NCBI GenBank assembly: GCA_017479485.1
Contig: JAFVCC010000084.1
Coordinates: 17,958-81,957, forward strand
DNA: 64,000 nt
Origin: Bacilli bacterium
GTDB lineage: Bacteria; Bacillota_I; Bacilli_A; RFN20; CAG-826
Reading direction: 5' to 3'
This document shows, piece by piece, positions 37,442 to 46,593 of this stretch. The translations under genes and the position numbers were made by a program. Below the pieces are notes generated by a model, which saw only the letters and a program-made list of their open reading frames with translations, made no database searches and was not told the DNA's origin. Position 1 is the first letter of the stretch. The number at the start of each line of letters is the position of its first letter.

Positions 37442-39212
37442 CCTGAAAGTATTAGCTTTGACCGCCCTTCTTGGCGTCTTCGGCCTCGCTTCTTGCGATA
37501 CCGTTAGCTTCGCCCTTAAGGAGTCCGATCAGAACGAAAAGATCATCGACGTCACGGAGGACCTCCCCCACAACGTCATCCAAGACCTCTTCGAAAAGGT
37601 TGTTCCCAACAACTCCACCACCGCTTCCAAGGTCCTCGATTCGTTGCTCTTGCGCCTCGCCAAGTCCTACTATGGCGAATTCTATGACGTCAAGAACGGC
37701 GAACTCGTCACCAAAGGCCTCCGTTCCATCGTCAAAGACGACGCCTCGATCAAGGACTTCGTCAATGGCAATGCCCGCTTCCAAGTGAAGAAGGCGGATG
37801 GAACCCGTGACGAAGCGGCCGAAATCCGCAACGTCAAGGACTTCTATCAGCACATCCTCGACGCCATCCACGAATCCCTCTGGGGCAACGTCAGCAACTC
37901 CACCTATCAAGTCCGTTACTTCTTCTCCGAAAAGAAGTTCTACGATGCCCAAAAAGCTTCCCTCTATCGCCTCGATGACGAATATGGAGTGGAACTTGAG
38001 GACAACCCGCACCTCACCCAACTCGATGGCCTTAATGACAAGGACGCCGTTCCCGTATTCTTCGGCAGCGCGACCAAGAGCTACCTCGACGTCTACCAAG
38101 ACTACATCGAACGCTCCATCCTCCCTGACATCTACCGCAAGGTGCTCGTCGAGCGTTACCTCATCGAGAACAACTATTCCGCCCTTGGCCGTTCGCAAGC
38201 CCGCAAGGTTCAGACCATCAGCTTGAAGAACATCTCCGAAGCGGCCGACGCCACGCGTAACCTCATCTTCAAGTATGCCCAGCATATCTTGGAGTCCAGC
38301 AAGGAAGACATCAAAACCAACCTCGGCATCGATGTCACCGAAGAAGAACTTGCTTCCTTCCGTGACTTCCGCTTCCTCTCCAGGCTCTACGACGGACTCA
38401 TCGACGTGGATGGCACCACCGCCGAAGCCCAGATTGCCAAGAAACTCTACGCAGAAGCCGACTGGGTCAGCAGCACGATCGACCCCGACGGCGACCCGGC
38501 TACCCCCGATGTCACTTACTATCCCATCACCACCCTCGGCAAGATCTACGACGACTACAAGAAGATCTCCGACGTGCGCTGGGAGAACACCACCAGCACC
38601 GACTTCACCGGTTCTGGCGCCTACACCAAGGAGACCGGCCTCGTCTTGAAGGAGCGTGAAATCTTTGCGAAGAATAGCTCCACCCAAGGCTGGTACGTCT
38701 CCTCCGCTAGCTCCATCGGCGATATGTCGAGCGACCTCCGCACCCGCCTCTTCTCCATTAAGACCGCGAACGAAGTTGACGCCAACTTCCGTATTGGCGA
38801 AGACGGAAAGGCGATCGTGGATGAGAACAAAGTTGGCGACAATGGCATGTACGTCAAAGGCGCCTACTACCTCACCCCGGAGACCTACGGCAACACCGAG
38901 CACCCCTACTTGATCTACGATTCCTCCTCCACCTCTTGGACCATCGTCCGCGTGGATGAGGCCATCAAGAAGCCGAAGCTCGCCACCGGCGACAACGCCA
39001 CCTCTTCCTACGACTATCTCGCGAGCAAAGGGCTCCGCGAGGGCAAGGATAGCCAGGACCAGATCGTTCTCCGCATCGCGGGCATGATCGGCACCGGTGA
39101 CTCCTATGTGAAGGCCGCGAGACAGAAAGTGCTTGAAGCCGCGAACCTCAAGTATCACGACCAGGACGTCTACGATTACTTCGAGAGCAACTTCCCGGAC
39201 CTCTTCGATTAA
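37431..39212 (+). CDS. large lipoprotein (~593 aa), function unknown
   Basis: 'MRNNLKVLALTALLGVFGLASC' signal/lipobox. GGAGGTG SD 8 nt upstream. The ATG sits inside the last codons of the upstream gene (an 11-bp overlap). Confidence 0.8.
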   Translation: MRNNLKVLALTALLGVFGLASCDTVSFALKESDQNEKIIDVTEDLPHNVIQDLFEKVVPNNSTTASKVLDSLLLRLAKSYYGEFYDVKNGELVTKGLRSIVKDDASIKDFVNGNARFQVKKADGTRDEAAEIRNVKDFYQHILDAIHESLWGNVSNSTYQVRYFFSEKKFYDAQKASLYRLDDEYGVELEDNPHLTQLDGLNDKDAVPVFFGSATKSYLDVYQDYIERSILPDIYRKVLVERYLIENNYSALGRSQARKVQTISLKNISEAADATRNLIFKYAQHILESSKEDIKTNLGIDVTEEELASFRDFRFLSRLYDGLIDVDGTTAEAQIAKKLYAEADWVSSTIDPDGDPATPDVTYYPITTLGKIYDDYKKISDVRWENTTSTDFTGSGAYTKETGLVLKEREIFAKNSSTQGWYVSSASSIGDMSSDLRTRLFSIKTANEVDANFRIGEDGKAIVDENKVGDNGMYVKGAYYLTPETYGNTEHPYLIYDSSSTSWTIVRVDEAIKKPKLATGDNATSSYDYLASKGLREGKDSQDQIVLRIAGMIGTGDSYVKAARQKVLEAANLKYHDQDVYDYFESNFPDLFD

Positions 39213-39228
39213 TTAAACGTTCTATAAT

Positions 39229-39257
39229 AAGGGCGGGCCAAATGCCTGCCCTTTTTA
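39229..39257 (+). terminator. intrinsic terminator after the lipoprotein operon
   Basis: GGGCGGGCCAAATGCCTGCCC hairpin followed by TTTTTA. Confidence 0.6.
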
Positions 39258-39276
39258 TCGATCGAAAGGAAGTTCT

Positions 39277-39693
39277 ATGAAAGACATCTTCTGCAAAATC
39301 ATTGACGGGGATATTCCGAGCACGCGCGTCTATGAAGACGACGACGTCCTTGCCATCCTCGACATCTCCCAAACCACCCGCGGCCATACCTTGGTCATGC
39401 CCAAGAAGCATTACGAATCGCTTCTTGATTGCCCGAAGGAAACTCTCACGAAAGTCATGCTGATCGCCCAGCGCATCGGCCAGGCTGAAGTTTCCATCCT
39501 CGGCGCGAAGGGCGTCAACATCCTTGCCAACTGCGGCGAGGCGGCCGGGCAGACCGTCATGCACTTCCACGTGCACGTAATTCCGCGCTACATCGGCGGT
39601 GAAGGCGGATTCCGCCTCGAAATGGCCTCACAAGACACCTCTAAGATGAATTTGCCGGTCTTGGCTAAGGAAATCGGGGACGCGATGAAATAA
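39277..39693 (+). CDS. HIT-family (histidine triad) nucleotide hydrolase
   Basis: 138 aa with the 'HFHVHVIP' histidine triad. Confidence 0.92.
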   Translation: MKDIFCKIIDGDIPSTRVYEDDDVLAILDISQTTRGHTLVMPKKHYESLLDCPKETLTKVMLIAQRIGQAEVSILGAKGVNILANCGEAAGQTVMHFHVHVIPRYIGGEGGFRLEMASQDTSKMNLPVLAKEIGDAMK

Positions 39694-39702
39694 CGCCTAG
39701 AA

Positions 39703-39745
39703 GGCCCGAAAATGAGGTTTCTCAGATTCGGGTCTTTTTCTTTGC
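39703..39745 (+). terminator. intrinsic terminator after hit
   Basis: GGCCCGAA...TTCGGGTC hairpin followed by TTTTTCTTT. Confidence 0.55.
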
Positions 39746-39774
39746 CGGATAAAAGAGATTTAAAGGCATCGAAG

Positions 39775-39831
39775 AGGAAGAAAAAAAGATAGAAAAAGCC
39801 CGCAAAACCAACGTCAATTTGGTTTTGCGGG
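39775..39831 (-). terminator. intrinsic terminator after yhaM
   Basis: 13-bp stem CCCGCAAAACCAA/TTGGTTTTGCGGG, with a U-rich tract on the minus strand. Confidence 0.65.
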
Positions 39832-39838
39832 AGCCTTC

Positions 39839-40882
39839 TTATTTCAGGTCGTCGGCGAGGTCTTGTAAACTAAGTCCTGGATCGCCGCCTTCTTGGATAT
39901 ATAAAGGTTTATAGAAATAACGGTCGTCCATATTGAAGAGCCTGGCGGTCGAGGTTCCGGCATCGATGGGGCGGTACGCCTTATCGAGGATATTCATCTT
40001 CGCGTCGAGGTCGTCCACCATCGCCACCGCGAGGGCTTCGCGGGTCGCAGGCATCACCGGCGAACCAAACTCCGGTTTGGTATGGTGGGAAAGAATGATG
40101 TGCTCGAGCAAAACCGCGACTTCTTTCTTCTTGGCTAAGTCCGCGTGAGCGGCGCGTTCTTCCTCGGGAATATCGTCGATGGCAAAGTATCCGAGTTCTT
40201 TTGCCTTGCGGCGGAATTCCGCATGGCCAATGGAAATGTGACCAAGGAGTTTCCCTTCGAGGGTGAACTGCGTGCCGCGCACGCCCGAGAGCTCGATGGT
40301 CTTGCCGATGTCATGGATCAAGACGCCCGCGAGTACGAGGTCGCGGTTAAGCACGGGATAGACGCGGCAAACGTTGACCGCGAGGTCGGCCATCGTTAAC
40401 GAATGGAAGAGGAGCCCGCCCATATAGTCATGGTGGTTTCGCACCGCGGCGGGATAAGAGAGGAAGTCTTCAAGGAAATCGTTGATGTAGGCTTTGGTCA
40501 GGGTGGCGATGTCGGGGTCTTTGATCGCGTCGAGGCAAAGGTTCAGTTTGTCCTTCATGATTTCCACGCTCATGGGCGCACAGGCGATGAAGCGGCTCCA
40601 GTCGACGTGATCTTGGTCCACCGCTTCCACCGAGCGCACTTTGACTTGGAGGGCATTGCGGTAACGCAAGACCTCGCCATCTACTTGAATCACGTTGCCT
40701 TTGACGAGGATCTCTTCGTCGTTAGGAAGATAGTCCCACTTCTTCGCGTCGAGGCTGCCGGTGTTATCCTGCAATATGAGCGACCAATAATTGGCTCCGT
40801 TGTCCTTGACGCCTTTTTTCGCGTCCGCAAGCAGGAACTGACCCAAGATACGATCGCCCGCGTTCAAATCTGAAATGTTCAT
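39839..40882 (-). CDS. yhaM: 3'-5' exoribonuclease YhaM (OB-fold plus HD domain)
   Basis: 347 aa with an N-terminal OB fold and an HD motif 'LIHDIGK'. Typical YhaM length. Confidence 0.88.
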   Translation of the reverse strand: MNISDLNAGDRILGQFLLADAKKGVKDNGANYWSLILQDNTGSLDAKKWDYLPNDEEILVKGNVIQVDGEVLRYRNALQVKVRSVEAVDQDHVDWSRFIACAPMSVEIMKDKLNLCLDAIKDPDIATLTKAYINDFLEDFLSYPAAVRNHHDYMGGLLFHSLTMADLAVNVCRVYPVLNRDLVLAGVLIHDIGKTIELSGVRGTQFTLEGKLLGHISIGHAEFRRKAKELGYFAIDDIPEEERAAHADLAKKKEVAVLLEHIILSHHTKPEFGSPVMPATREALAVAMVDDLDAKMNILDKAYRPIDAGTSTARLFNMDDRYFYKPLYIQEGGDPGLSLQDLADDLK

Positions 40883-41682
40883 TATTCTTCCTCCATGATG
40901 GCTTGTATTTCGTCATAAGGGAACCCCTTTCGCACCAGATAGGCATAGATGCGAGTGCGGAGTTCATAGCCCTGATATTTTCTAGAATATTTCGCTTTAG
41001 CTAGAGAATAGGCTTTATCGAGTTCGACCTTCTCTACCTTGGGATCGGTCGCGGTGATGCAGCTCGTCGCGGCTTGGTGGGCGACCTCTTCATCGAAGCC
41101 GCGAGAGAGCAACGCGGCGTTGATCTTCAAAATGCGGCGCGGCTTTGGGGTACGGTAATAACGCTTATCGAGCGTCGTCGCATAAGCACAGGCCTTCTTT
41201 AATTCCTCCTCGCGGGGGAAAGAAAGACCTTTGATGATGTCTTCGGAGATGCCCTTCGCGCGCAATTCATAGACGATGCGGTTATAGCCGATGAGGCGAA
41301 GCCCCGCGACATCCTCGGCGAAAGTTTGCGCGAAATGCTCATCGTTGAGTAAGTCCGACTCGAAAAGGCGTTCGATCGCCTGGCGCACCACCGGATACTC
41401 ATATCCTTTGGCGAGGAGCTTCCTCTGGATCTCCATGGAACTATAGCTATCGCGGGAAAGCAAACGAAGCGCGGCGTCATAGGCTTTGTCCTGGTTCGCG
41501 AACATCATGATTTTCGTTATTTCTTCCGGAGTCAATTCCTTGCCGGCATAAAGATGGAATTCCGTGAAGGAATCGACGCTGAGGACGAGTTTTTCCCCGT
41601 TCGAAAGATCGACGGAAACGCCCGTCTTCTTGGCTTTGACGGATTCCACCGTAATCATTTCACCAGTTCTTTTTTCGGACAC
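40882..41682 (-). CDS. recX: RecX-family regulatory protein
   Basis: 266 aa of three-helix repeats typical of RecX (YfhG-like long form). The start could instead be the internal Met at 41658. Confidence 0.75.
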   Translation of the reverse strand: MSEKRTGEMITVESVKAKKTGVSVDLSNGEKLVLSVDSFTEFHLYAGKELTPEEITKIMMFANQDKAYDAALRLLSRDSYSSMEIQRKLLAKGYEYPVVRQAIERLFESDLLNDEHFAQTFAEDVAGLRLIGYNRIVYELRAKGISEDIIKGLSFPREEELKKACAYATTLDKRYYRTPKPRRILKINAALLSRGFDEEVAHQAATSCITATDPKVEKVELDKAYSLAKAKYSRKYQGYELRTRIYAYLVRKGFPYDEIQAIMEEE

Positions 41683-42838
41683 GTGTATATACCTCGATGA
41701 TGTTTTGATAGAAGCGTTCCATCGAATAGACGTCGATGGCTTCTAAAGCGGCGTCGATGATGCGTTTTTTATTCGCGGGATCTAAGGTAAGAAGTTTCCT
41801 TAGCTTTCCGTCGAAATCGTCTTCGTCATAGAAGAAGAATCCCGTCTTGCCATCCTGGATGGTGCCGACGAGGTTATCGTCGTAACGGGCAAGGACGGGC
41901 AAATGGGCGGCCATGGCCTCCATAAAGGTGAGGCCCTGGGTTTCGGTGATGGAGGCGGAGACAAAATAATCGCCTAACCGATAATAATCCTGGGTTTCCG
42001 AGGGGTCGCATTTTCCCGTGAAGACCACTTTGTCCGCGATGCCTAGCTCCGCCACGAGATCCTTGAGTTCCTTCTCCGCGGGGCCCCAGCCCGTAATCAC
42101 GAATCGCGTGGGGAAGGGCTCGCCTTTTTGGAGGAAGGTCGCGTAGCCGCGAAGCAAGACATCGATGGACTTCTCTTTGGCGATTCTGCCTAAGGATAAG
42201 ATAACCGTTTCTTTTGGTGAAATTCCAAATTTCGCCTTCAAATCCGCGGTCTTTTTGGGATCTTCCCGTTCGGGAGAGAAGCGAGAGAACTCAATACCGG
42301 TAGGGATGACAGGCACGGTCATATCGATGCCGATGGAACGGAGATACTCTTTGATTTTCTCCGAAGGGGCGATGAATTCCGCCATCATGTTCGAGCGCAC
42401 GCGGAAAAAGGCGCGCACCGCGTGGCGGGCGAATCGGTCGAAGTGCCCTTTGGTCACGTAATAGGCGTAGTCTTCCACCATCGTGTGGAATGTATCGACG
42501 AGGCCAACGCGTAATTGTCTGGCGGCGAGGGTGCCGAATAAGCCCACCGAGAAATCGGTCTGGCAATGGATGACGTCGGGGCGGAATTCAACCAAGCGCT
42601 TCATCACCTTTTGGGAGAAAGGCCGCGTCAGGCGGTAGCCATAAAAGCGTTTCATCTCGTATCCCGGGATGCGGATGATATCGCCTTCATCAAAACGCAG
42701 CTCGTTATCAAAAGGGTTGGTCGTCACGACGATGACCTGATGGCCGTGGGCGATGAGGGTCGCGCGGAGGTTCGCGGTCGAGGTGGCGACGCCGTTGATC
42801 TCGGGCGGATAGGTGTCCGTGAACAAAACGATGTTCAT
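41660..42838 (-). CDS. glycosyltransferase family 4 (diacylglycerol glucosyltransferase-like glycolipid synthase)
   Basis: GT4 fold with an 'EGLTFMEAMA'-type motif ('TETQGLTFMEAMAAHLPVL') and an N-terminal 'FTDTYPPEINGVA'. Start at MNIVLFTD. Confidence 0.85.
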   Translation of the reverse strand: MNIVLFTDTYPPEINGVATSTANLRATLIAHGHQVIVVTTNPFDNELRFDEGDIIRIPGYEMKRFYGYRLTRPFSQKVMKRLVEFRPDVIHCQTDFSVGLFGTLAARQLRVGLVDTFHTMVEDYAYYVTKGHFDRFARHAVRAFFRVRSNMMAEFIAPSEKIKEYLRSIGIDMTVPVIPTGIEFSRFSPEREDPKKTADLKAKFGISPKETVILSLGRIAKEKSIDVLLRGYATFLQKGEPFPTRFVITGWGPAEKELKDLVAELGIADKVVFTGKCDPSETQDYYRLGDYFVSASITETQGLTFMEAMAAHLPVLARYDDNLVGTIQDGKTGFFFYDEDDFDGKLRKLLTLDPANKKRIIDAALEAIDVYSMERFYQNIIEVYTRVRKKNW

Positions 42839-44241
42839 ATATCCCACTCCTCCCAAGAAGTATCATTCTTCTTTTTCTTGGAGGCCTTCGGCTTCTTTTC
42901 TTTCGGTGGCTTTCGTTCGGATTTGACGCGGTCCACATGCATGGGTTCAATCACGCCGTCATCATCGCCGTCTTTGCCGCGGAACCTCGGGAATTCGGTC
43001 AAGCGGCGCTGGATATCTTTGCGGCTTAGCTGGCGGGTTTCGTAAAGCGTATCCGCAGAACGCTTACGTTCGTCGAAGGTTTCGAGCTGCAAATCGACGA
43101 AGGTCTTGCGGTTGGCATAATGGATGGACTCCTTGGGGCGAGAACGATAGAACGCGGAAACAAATCCCGTCACGATGAGAACGATGTGGAAGGTCGCGGT
43201 ACGCCAGAGAATCTGGGAGGAGTTGAGCACGCCGAGGCCCTGGAACCAATCCGCGAAAAGATAGGAATAGAAAAGTTCGGAAACGCCAGCAGAACCCGGA
43301 AGAGGAATCAACCCGGTAACCATCTGATGGAAGGAGGTGCGGAAGCAAACGTGAAGCATGTTCACAAACGAGAAGCCTTCGTTGAAGATCGGGCCGGTCG
43401 CATGGACGGCATAGGCGCTGAAATAGGGAACAGAAAAGCGGACGAACAAGATGCCGATATAGAAAAACAGCTGGATGATGAGGACCGGGATATTTGACGC
43501 GAGACGCTTTAACTCGATCTTGAAGTTTTCAACCTGAACGCGCAACGATTCGCGCACGGCATCCGGCTTCTTCAAAATGCGGATTTTCGCGAGGAATCCA
43601 ATGACGTAATGAAGAATAAAGTTATGGAACCGGTGGCTATAACTCATCGTGATGAGCAAGAAGATGACGGATAAGTTGAGCAAGAAACCGATGATGATGA
43701 GCGGCCACATCGGCAGATGCCAATTCAGTTGATCGATGTTGACGTTGATCGATGCGACGGTGTTCCACTCGACGATGAAGGCCACGATATCGAAAACGAT
43801 CAATGACGTTTGGTAAAGAATGAAGGACATCACCATGATGGAGGCCGCGTTGGATACCTGGATGCCTTGGGATTTCAGGGTATAGACCTGCATAGCTTGG
43901 CCGCCGGAAGCGCCCGGTGTGACGTTGCTATAAAATTGGCCGATTAGGGAAGTCGCGAGTCCTTGATGGAACTTATATTGCCGTGTATAGAGGCGGCAGA
44001 ACACCAAAATAACTAAGGCTTCAAGGACATAAGAAAAGGCGACCAAGCCGAGCATCAGCAAGAACCAACGCCAATCTGTACCTTGGAAGGCGTCGACGAC
44101 CTGATGGAAGTTATCGCCCCAAAGCGAAGTAGCCAAAGAGACGCCGGTGGCGATGAGGACGATCAAGATATAGATGACGTACTTTACTCCGGACTTCTTC
44201 TTTTTACCGGTATTGAGGGTTGCGTTGCTGTCATTGGGCAT
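42835..44241 (-). CDS. MprF-flippase-like membrane protein (lysylphosphatidylglycerol synthase TM-region family, UPF0104)
   Basis: ~468 aa with 8 or more TM helices and a basic C-terminal tail. Architecture of the LPG-synthase TM domain family commonly paired with glycolipid GTs. Start at MPNDSNATL. Confidence 0.7.
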   Translation of the reverse strand: MPNDSNATLNTGKKKKSGVKYVIYILIVLIATGVSLATSLWGDNFHQVVDAFQGTDWRWFLLMLGLVAFSYVLEALVILVFCRLYTRQYKFHQGLATSLIGQFYSNVTPGASGGQAMQVYTLKSQGIQVSNAASIMVMSFILYQTSLIVFDIVAFIVEWNTVASINVNIDQLNWHLPMWPLIIIGFLLNLSVIFLLITMSYSHRFHNFILHYVIGFLAKIRILKKPDAVRESLRVQVENFKIELKRLASNIPVLIIQLFFYIGILFVRFSVPYFSAYAVHATGPIFNEGFSFVNMLHVCFRTSFHQMVTGLIPLPGSAGVSELFYSYLFADWFQGLGVLNSSQILWRTATFHIVLIVTGFVSAFYRSRPKESIHYANRKTFVDLQLETFDERKRSADTLYETRQLSRKDIQRRLTEFPRFRGKDGDDDGVIEPMHVDRVKSERKPPKEKKPKASKKKKNDTSWEEWDI

Positions 44242-44375
44242 AGGCGACAAGGCTATTTTAGCCTTTGTCGCGCCATAAAGAAACACCTCATATGCAAACG
44301 CGTGCGTGCGAAAGAATGCTCATAAATAGCGAAAAATACTCGTCAAACCCCATTATTTTTGAAAACGAAGTGACA

Positions 44376-44825
44376 TTATATGGGGAGGTTATCGAAAATG
44401 CTACCGATGCATTTCTTCAGCTGAGCAACGACCAAATCGAAGCGACCGCTATACCACGGGTCTTCGATTTCGAGGAACTCGGGATTGTATTCCATAATGG
44501 GGCGAAAGCGCTTGGGATGGTCACCGAAAAAACGCCGTAAGCGGATGAGGTTGCCTTCGTCCATGTAGTAGACCACGTTTGCTTCAAAGGCCTCTTGGGT
44601 CGTCAAAAATGCGGCGCGATGAACGTCGAAAGGAATCTCCGCATGGCGCAATGCGGACTTCATTGGGGGATAGATGTCATTGCCAATTTCTTCGTGAGAC
44701 ACGGCTCGAGAAGAGACTTCAACCTTTCCTTCAAGACCTCGTTTACGGATTTCTTCCTTGGCGATGAATTCAGCGGCTGGGGAACGGCAGATGTTGCCGT
44801 GGCAGACAAAGACGATTCGGTACAT
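44376..44825 (-). CDS. low-molecular-weight protein tyrosine phosphatase
   Basis: P-loop 'VCHGNICRSPAAE' (C-x5-R) and a 'DPWY' Asp loop. Confidence 0.9.
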   Translation of the reverse strand: MYRIVFVCHGNICRSPAAEFIAKEEIRKRGLEGKVEVSSRAVSHEEIGNDIYPPMKSALRHAEIPFDVHRAAFLTTQEAFEANVVYYMDEGNLIRLRRFFGDHPKRFRPIMEYNPEFLEIEDPWYSGRFDLVVAQLKKCIGSIFDNLPI

Positions 44826-44916
44826 GGCCATAGTTTAACCTCCATATGCACAGGCGCACAATTCGCGGATGCATGAATGAGCCAACGCTCACGCAGTAAG
44901 GTATAATGTCTCCGCT

Positions 44917-46593
44917 ATGTTGACACGGCTCTCCATCACCAACCTCGCGATTCTTGAAAACGTCGATGTGACGTTCAAAGATGGCTTTACCGTCCTTACC
45001 GGAGGAACCGGCGCTGGAAAGAGCCTCGTCATTGATTCACTATCGCTACTTCTTGGGGCGAGAGCTTCCAGCGAGCTCATCCGTTCGGGCGAGGAAAAGG
45101 CAGTAATCCGCGGTTACTTCCACGTGGATTCCAGTCGCTTGTCCGCCCTACTTTCCAAACTTGAGATACCCTTCGTAAATAACGATATTCTTATCGAACG
45201 CACCATCTCGAAAACCAAGAACACGATTAAAGCCAATGGGGTGAATCTAAGTCTCGCCGATCTGTCCCGTATCGCCAAGCACCTCGCGGACATCCATAAC
45301 CAATTCGATTTCGCCAAAATCCTTAATCCAGAAAACTACCTCGACATTATCGATGGCTTCTCTTACGACGCGGCGATGCGTTACAAAGAAGAATACATCG
45401 CCCTGCTTTCCGCTTATAAAGATGCGAAAGGCACATACGAATCCTTGCTCGCCCAAAAGGCTAAAGTGGAAGCCAGCAAAGACTTCTACCTATTCCAACT
45501 GAAGGAGCTTGATGACGCGAACATTCAAGAAAACGAAGAGGCGGAAATCGCTGCGGAAATCGCCTTGCTCAGAAATTATGACCACGTCTATTCGCTATTC
45601 CAAAACGCAGACTCCATCATTCGCGAGGATTTCCTCGATCGTCTTTATGAGCTCAACAAAGTCCTAGCGAAGCTCGCCTCTTACCAGCCCCAATACCAAG
45701 AGGTGCAATCCCGAATCGACGAACGTTATTTCGAGCTTGATGACATCTTCACGACGCTGAAGAAAGATTTCAAAAACCTCGATTACGATCCGGAGCGCCT
45801 CAACTATTTAGAGCAGCGCAGCAGCGACATCTCTGCCTTAAAACGGAAATACCGCAAAACAATCCCCGAACTCATCGCCTATCGCAATGAGTTGCACGCC
45901 CTCCTTGGCGAAGACCATAGTCTCGATGATGCTATCGAAGAAAAACGTCAGCAGATGCTTTCCTTGCGTCATCAGACTTATGTCAAAGCCACTGAGCTCA
46001 CCGCGCTACGAAAAACGCTCGCGAAAAACATCGAGCGAGAGATTAAACGTAACCTCGAAGACTTGCTCCTTGCCGCGGACTTCAAAGTCGTCTTCAAGGA
46101 CACCAAAGAAGACGATTCCGATACCCTATTTGGCTCGCAGGGCATCGACGAGGTGGATTTCCTTGTGGAAACCAACGTCGGCGAAGGCTTAAAGAGCTTA
46201 TCTAAAGTAGTCTCTGGCGGCGAAGCTTCACGCATCATGCTGGCGTTTAAGGTCATCTTCGTCAAAGCCAATAAAATCGCGACCGTTATCTTCGATGAAA
46301 TCGATACGGGGTTAAGCGGGGAAGCCGCTTCCGCGGTAGCGAGGAAAATCAAAGAAGTTTCTTTGTCGAGCCAAGTGATCGCCATCACCCATATGCCGCA
46401 GGTCGCCGCGCTTTCGGACCACCACATCCTTATCCGTAAGGAAGTGTCCGGCGGGAGGACATCGACCAAAATCCGCGAGCTTTCGCTCGAAGAAAAGATC
46501 CATGAAGTCGCCTATCTAATCTCCGGCGGCAAAGTGACGGAAAAGCAACTCGAGTACGCGAAAGAAATCATTCTTTCTCCCGACAACAATTAG
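44917..46593 (+). CDS. recN: DNA repair protein RecN
   Basis: 558 aa with an SMC-like Walker A 'GGTGAGKS', coiled coils and a C-terminal 'LSGGE'-type motif. Confidence 0.93.
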   Translation: MLTRLSITNLAILENVDVTFKDGFTVLTGGTGAGKSLVIDSLSLLLGARASSELIRSGEEKAVIRGYFHVDSSRLSALLSKLEIPFVNNDILIERTISKTKNTIKANGVNLSLADLSRIAKHLADIHNQFDFAKILNPENYLDIIDGFSYDAAMRYKEEYIALLSAYKDAKGTYESLLAQKAKVEASKDFYLFQLKELDDANIQENEEAEIAAEIALLRNYDHVYSLFQNADSIIREDFLDRLYELNKVLAKLASYQPQYQEVQSRIDERYFELDDIFTTLKKDFKNLDYDPERLNYLEQRSSDISALKRKYRKTIPELIAYRNELHALLGEDHSLDDAIEEKRQQMLSLRHQTYVKATELTALRKTLAKNIEREIKRNLEDLLLAADFKVVFKDTKEDDSDTLFGSQGIDEVDFLVETNVGEGLKSLSKVVSGGEASRIMLAFKVIFVKANKIATVIFDEIDTGLSGEAASAVARKIKEVSLSSQVIAITHMPQVAALSDHHILIRKEVSGGRTSTKIRELSLEEKIHEVAYLISGGKVTEKQLEYAKEIILSPDNN

